A DNA stretch of 10,718 bases from positions 1 to 10,718 of the forward strand of contig CAZGJX010000123.1 of NCBI GenBank assembly GCA_964525635.1. Direction: 5' to 3'. Positions within the stretch are counted from its first letter, which is position 1, and every line of letters begins with the position of its first letter. The notes under the pieces are model-generated. The model saw nothing but the letters and a program-made list of their open reading frames with translations. It made no database searches and was not told the origin of the DNA. Below are positions 8,436-10,718 of the stretch, piece after piece. Source of the DNA: an uncultured archaeon (GTDB lineage Archaea; Asgardarchaeota; Lokiarchaeia; Sigyniarchaeales; SOKP01). Both the position numbers and the translations under genes were made by a program.

Positions 8436-10664
8436 TTGCTTATTAATGAAATTATTGGTATAGAAGAAAAATATGTTAAATTACTGAAAAAGGAAGGTAT
8501 CTCTCAGGTTGAAGATCTACTACCCTTATCTCAATATAAAATTAATCAATTAGCAGATAAAACAGGTATACCAGCAAAATTAATTGATACATGGCAAGAA
8601 CATGCAGATTTAATGAGAATTGAAGGAATTAATCCAGAATATGCATATGCATTAAATCAAATAGGGATTGATTCTGTAAAAGAATTTGCTAATAGAAATG
8701 CGAAAAGTACCTTTGATAGAGTAAAAGATTTTGCTAAAAAGAATCCTAATCTAATGAGTGAAACTCCAACATTAGGAGAAATAGAACTTTGGATTAAACA
8801 TGCTCAGCAAATTAAGAATTTAGAACCTACTGCGAAACCTAAAAAAGAAAAAAAACCCAAAGAAGAGAAAAAAGAGGATTATGGTAATTATGGACCTGAC
8901 TATTGGAATAATAAATGGGTACAATCACCAATAATATATGAAGGTAGAGCTTTAAGAGGTGAAGCTTATGATATGCAAATAGATGTAGATGTTAAAACAT
9001 TCATTAAAAAGAATGATGAGATACTTAAATTTATAATTGAACAATATGATCTTAAAAAAAAAACTAATAATGAAACAGCTTTAGCTTGTCAGAAATTCGT
9101 ATATAATTTCTTAAAATATAAATTTGATGAAGAATCATCGGAATGTCCGGAATTTTGGGAATTTCCATTTGAAGCTATTCAATTTGGCGTAGGTGATTGT
9201 GTTGCATATTATGAAGAAATCTTTACAAAAGAGGGTATTAAACAAATTGGAAACTTAAAAATAGGGGATGAGATTTTATCATATGATTTTACAAATCAAA
9301 AATTCTGCTATAAACCAATTACTAATATTTGGGAAAAAGGGAAATTAGATATTTGTAGAGTTTTGTTCAGAAATGGTCAGACTATTGATGTTTCAGAAAA
9401 TCATCCATTTTGGATTCGTCAAACTCAAAAAGATAGCATATATGAAAAGACTTATCTAAAAGATATCGACTTATTGAAATGGTGGAAAAGAAAGACGCCT
9501 ATAGCAAGAAAAATCCCTTATAATATAAAAGATATTGAATGGATAACAGAAGAACTTTGCTTTGTTATAGGCCATTTTCTTGCTGAAGGATGGCATGAAA
9601 AAGAAGGAAAAATTAGATCATCTGGATATGAATTACTAGAAAATATAATTCCAATTCTTGAAAAAAATGATATTCCTTATAGTGAATATACAAATACTTC
9701 AGGAGTTCCATGTATTACTTTTTTAAAATCTGAGTTTAAATCATTCTTAAGGTTATTTAAAGAAGATAGTTTTAAAATTCATATACCAGAAGTGATATTT
9801 CACTTACCAGAAAACAAGTTAGAAGCATTAATAAATGGATTTTATTTAGGGAATGGACATTATGGAAATTATCCTGATAAAAGAGGTTATGCATCAAATA
9901 AACAAGAAGTTCTATCAACTTCCTCAAAAAAATTAGCTGAAGATATTCAGAGAATGGGACTACAATTGGGAAAGACATATCATATATGGAAGCAAGTAAA
10001 ACATGGAGGACTTGGAAAAAAACCAATTTACAGAATAACTTATAATCCTAAAAGTCATTTTCTAAAAGAATATGGTTATCCTAACATAAGTGAAATATCA
10101 ATAAGAGAATATGAAAAAATTGGAAAAATTCGAATGCTAGATTTTGAAGTTCAAGATACTAATTCTTACGTCTTTAAAAATGGTATAATTGGACATAATT
10201 GTGAAGATGGTGCGATCTTAATTGCAGCTTTAATGATAAATGCAGGTGTTCCTTCATTTAGAGTTAAGGTTACTGCAGGTAGTGTATTGGCAGATCCAAA
10301 TGTAGCTCCCTCAGAGGATAATATTGGTGGACATGGATATGCTATTTATTTAGCAGATAGATCAGATTCAGAACGAGGGTTGGAATGGGTCATTTTAGAT
10401 TGGTGCTATTTACCTGATCCTGATACTCCAATTGAAAAAAAACCACTAGCTAAAAATGGAGGTCATGATAATGCATACAAAGATGTTTGGTTTACTTTTA
10501 ATGATGAATATAGTTGGGCTCAAAATGATTTTGAGGTTAAAGAAGGAAGAATCAGTAATAACCAAAAAGCAAAAAAGAAGGATGTAATCAGCGAAATAAA
10601 AAATATTGTAGATAAGGTCTTAAAGGATCTAAATCTAGTAGTAGAGGAGAAAAAGAAAAAATAA
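8436..10664 (+). CDS. DUF4332 (HhH-like) domain + transglutaminase-like cysteine protease, intein-containing precursor (742 aa; 408 aa after splicing)
   Basis: TTG start preceded by GAAGGA. Residues 1-126 match DUF4332 (I.EI.GI..KY..LL...GI...EDLL...W...ADLMRIEGI.PEYA..L...GIDSVKE.A.RN...P...EI..WI..A). A Lys/Glu linker follows. The spliced protease reads EFWEFPFEAIQFGVGD|CEDGAILIAALMINAGVP..RV...GGHGY...WVILDWC, giving a Cys-His-Asp triad. Confidence 0.88.
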   Translation: MLINEIIGIEEKYVKLLKKEGISQVEDLLPLSQYKINQLADKTGIPAKLIDTWQEHADLMRIEGINPEYAYALNQIGIDSVKEFANRNAKSTFDRVKDFAKKNPNLMSETPTLGEIELWIKHAQQIKNLEPTAKPKKEKKPKEEKKEDYGNYGPDYWNNKWVQSPIIYEGRALRGEAYDMQIDVDVKTFIKKNDEILKFIIEQYDLKKKTNNETALACQKFVYNFLKYKFDEESSECPEFWEFPFEAIQFGVGDCVAYYEEIFTKEGIKQIGNLKIGDEILSYDFTNQKFCYKPITNIWEKGKLDICRVLFRNGQTIDVSENHPFWIRQTQKDSIYEKTYLKDIDLLKWWKRKTPIARKIPYNIKDIEWITEELCFVIGHFLAEGWHEKEGKIRSSGYELLENIIPILEKNDIPYSEYTNTSGVPCITFLKSEFKSFLRLFKEDSFKIHIPEVIFHLPENKLEALINGFYLGNGHYGNYPDKRGYASNKQEVLSTSSKKLAEDIQRMGLQLGKTYHIWKQVKHGGLGKKPIYRITYNPKSHFLKEYGYPNISEISIREYEKIGKIRMLDFEVQDTNSYVFKNGIIGHNCEDGAILIAALMINAGVPSFRVKVTAGSVLADPNVAPSEDNIGGHGYAIYLADRSDSERGLEWVILDWCYLPDPDTPIEKKPLAKNGGHDNAYKDVWFTFNDEYSWAQNDFEVKEGRISNNQKAKKKDVISEIKNIVDKVLKDLNLVVEEKKKK
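9198..10199 (+). mobile_element. Class-1 intein with LAGLIDADG homing endonuclease domain (334 aa, residues 255-588)
   Basis: Block A CVAYYEEIFTKEG, block B VSENHPFW, block C VIGHFLAEGW, block E LINGFYLGNGH, block H STSSKKLAEDIQRMGLQLG, block F/G MLDFEVQDTNSYVFKNGIIGHN followed by Cys+1 (10200-10202). Removing it restores the canonical GDCED motif. Confidence 0.93.
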
Positions 10665-10667
10665 ATT

Positions 10668-10712
10668 GAGTAAATTTTACTCTTAATCTTTTTCATTTTT
10701 TTTGCTTATTTT
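10668..10712 (+). terminator. Putative terminator: short inverted repeat plus oligo-T tracts
   Basis: GAGTAA-ATT-TTACTC immediately after the stop codon, followed by TTTTTCATTTTTTTTG and further T runs. Confidence 0.45.
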
Positions 10713-10718
10713 TGTAGT

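Noticed and set aside
9772-10026. 84-aa minus-strand ORF
   Set aside because: Antisense shadow within the intein endonuclease domain.
24-10664. Genome-wide alternative genetic code (TAA/TAG = Gln, or all-TAG = Pyl)
   Set aside because: TAA ends nearly all genes here, TAG 3886-3888 behaves as a real stop before a convergent gene, the inferred residues at internal stops differ, and the two long right-hand genes have no internal stops. Kept only as a minor alternative in the findings.
24-10664. Functional link between the two papain-like domains (DCDD at 285 and DCED at 10200)
   Set aside because: They are 10 kb apart, on opposite strands and separated by unrelated genes; nothing in the sequence supports a shared system.

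Overview
Very AT-rich prokaryotic window, most likely archaeal. Gene content and style suggest Asgard/Lokiarchaeota-like DNA, but that is inference only. Right part (6.5-10.7 kb) has two intact + strand genes. One is a GH57 glucan branching enzyme. The other is a DUF4332 (HhH-like) domain fused to a transglutaminase/papain-like cysteine protease, with a 334-aa LAGLIDADG-type intein (9198-10199) inserted immediately before its catalytic Cys (GD|CED). Left part (1-6.3 kb) is an accessory region that the ORF track fragments. Manual read-through shows four longer genes, each interrupted only by in-frame stop codons (6 in total, no frameshifts). These are a repeat-domain + MOA-lectin-type protease-domain protein (24-1094), a DUF4304-like protein (1362-1808), a DUF2207-like protein (3091-3888) and a membrane-anchored 8-repeat FG-GAP/TSP3-like/CARDB-like surface protein (3909-6257). 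Two small hypothetical ORFs lie among them. No rRNA, tRNA or CRISPR array was seen.
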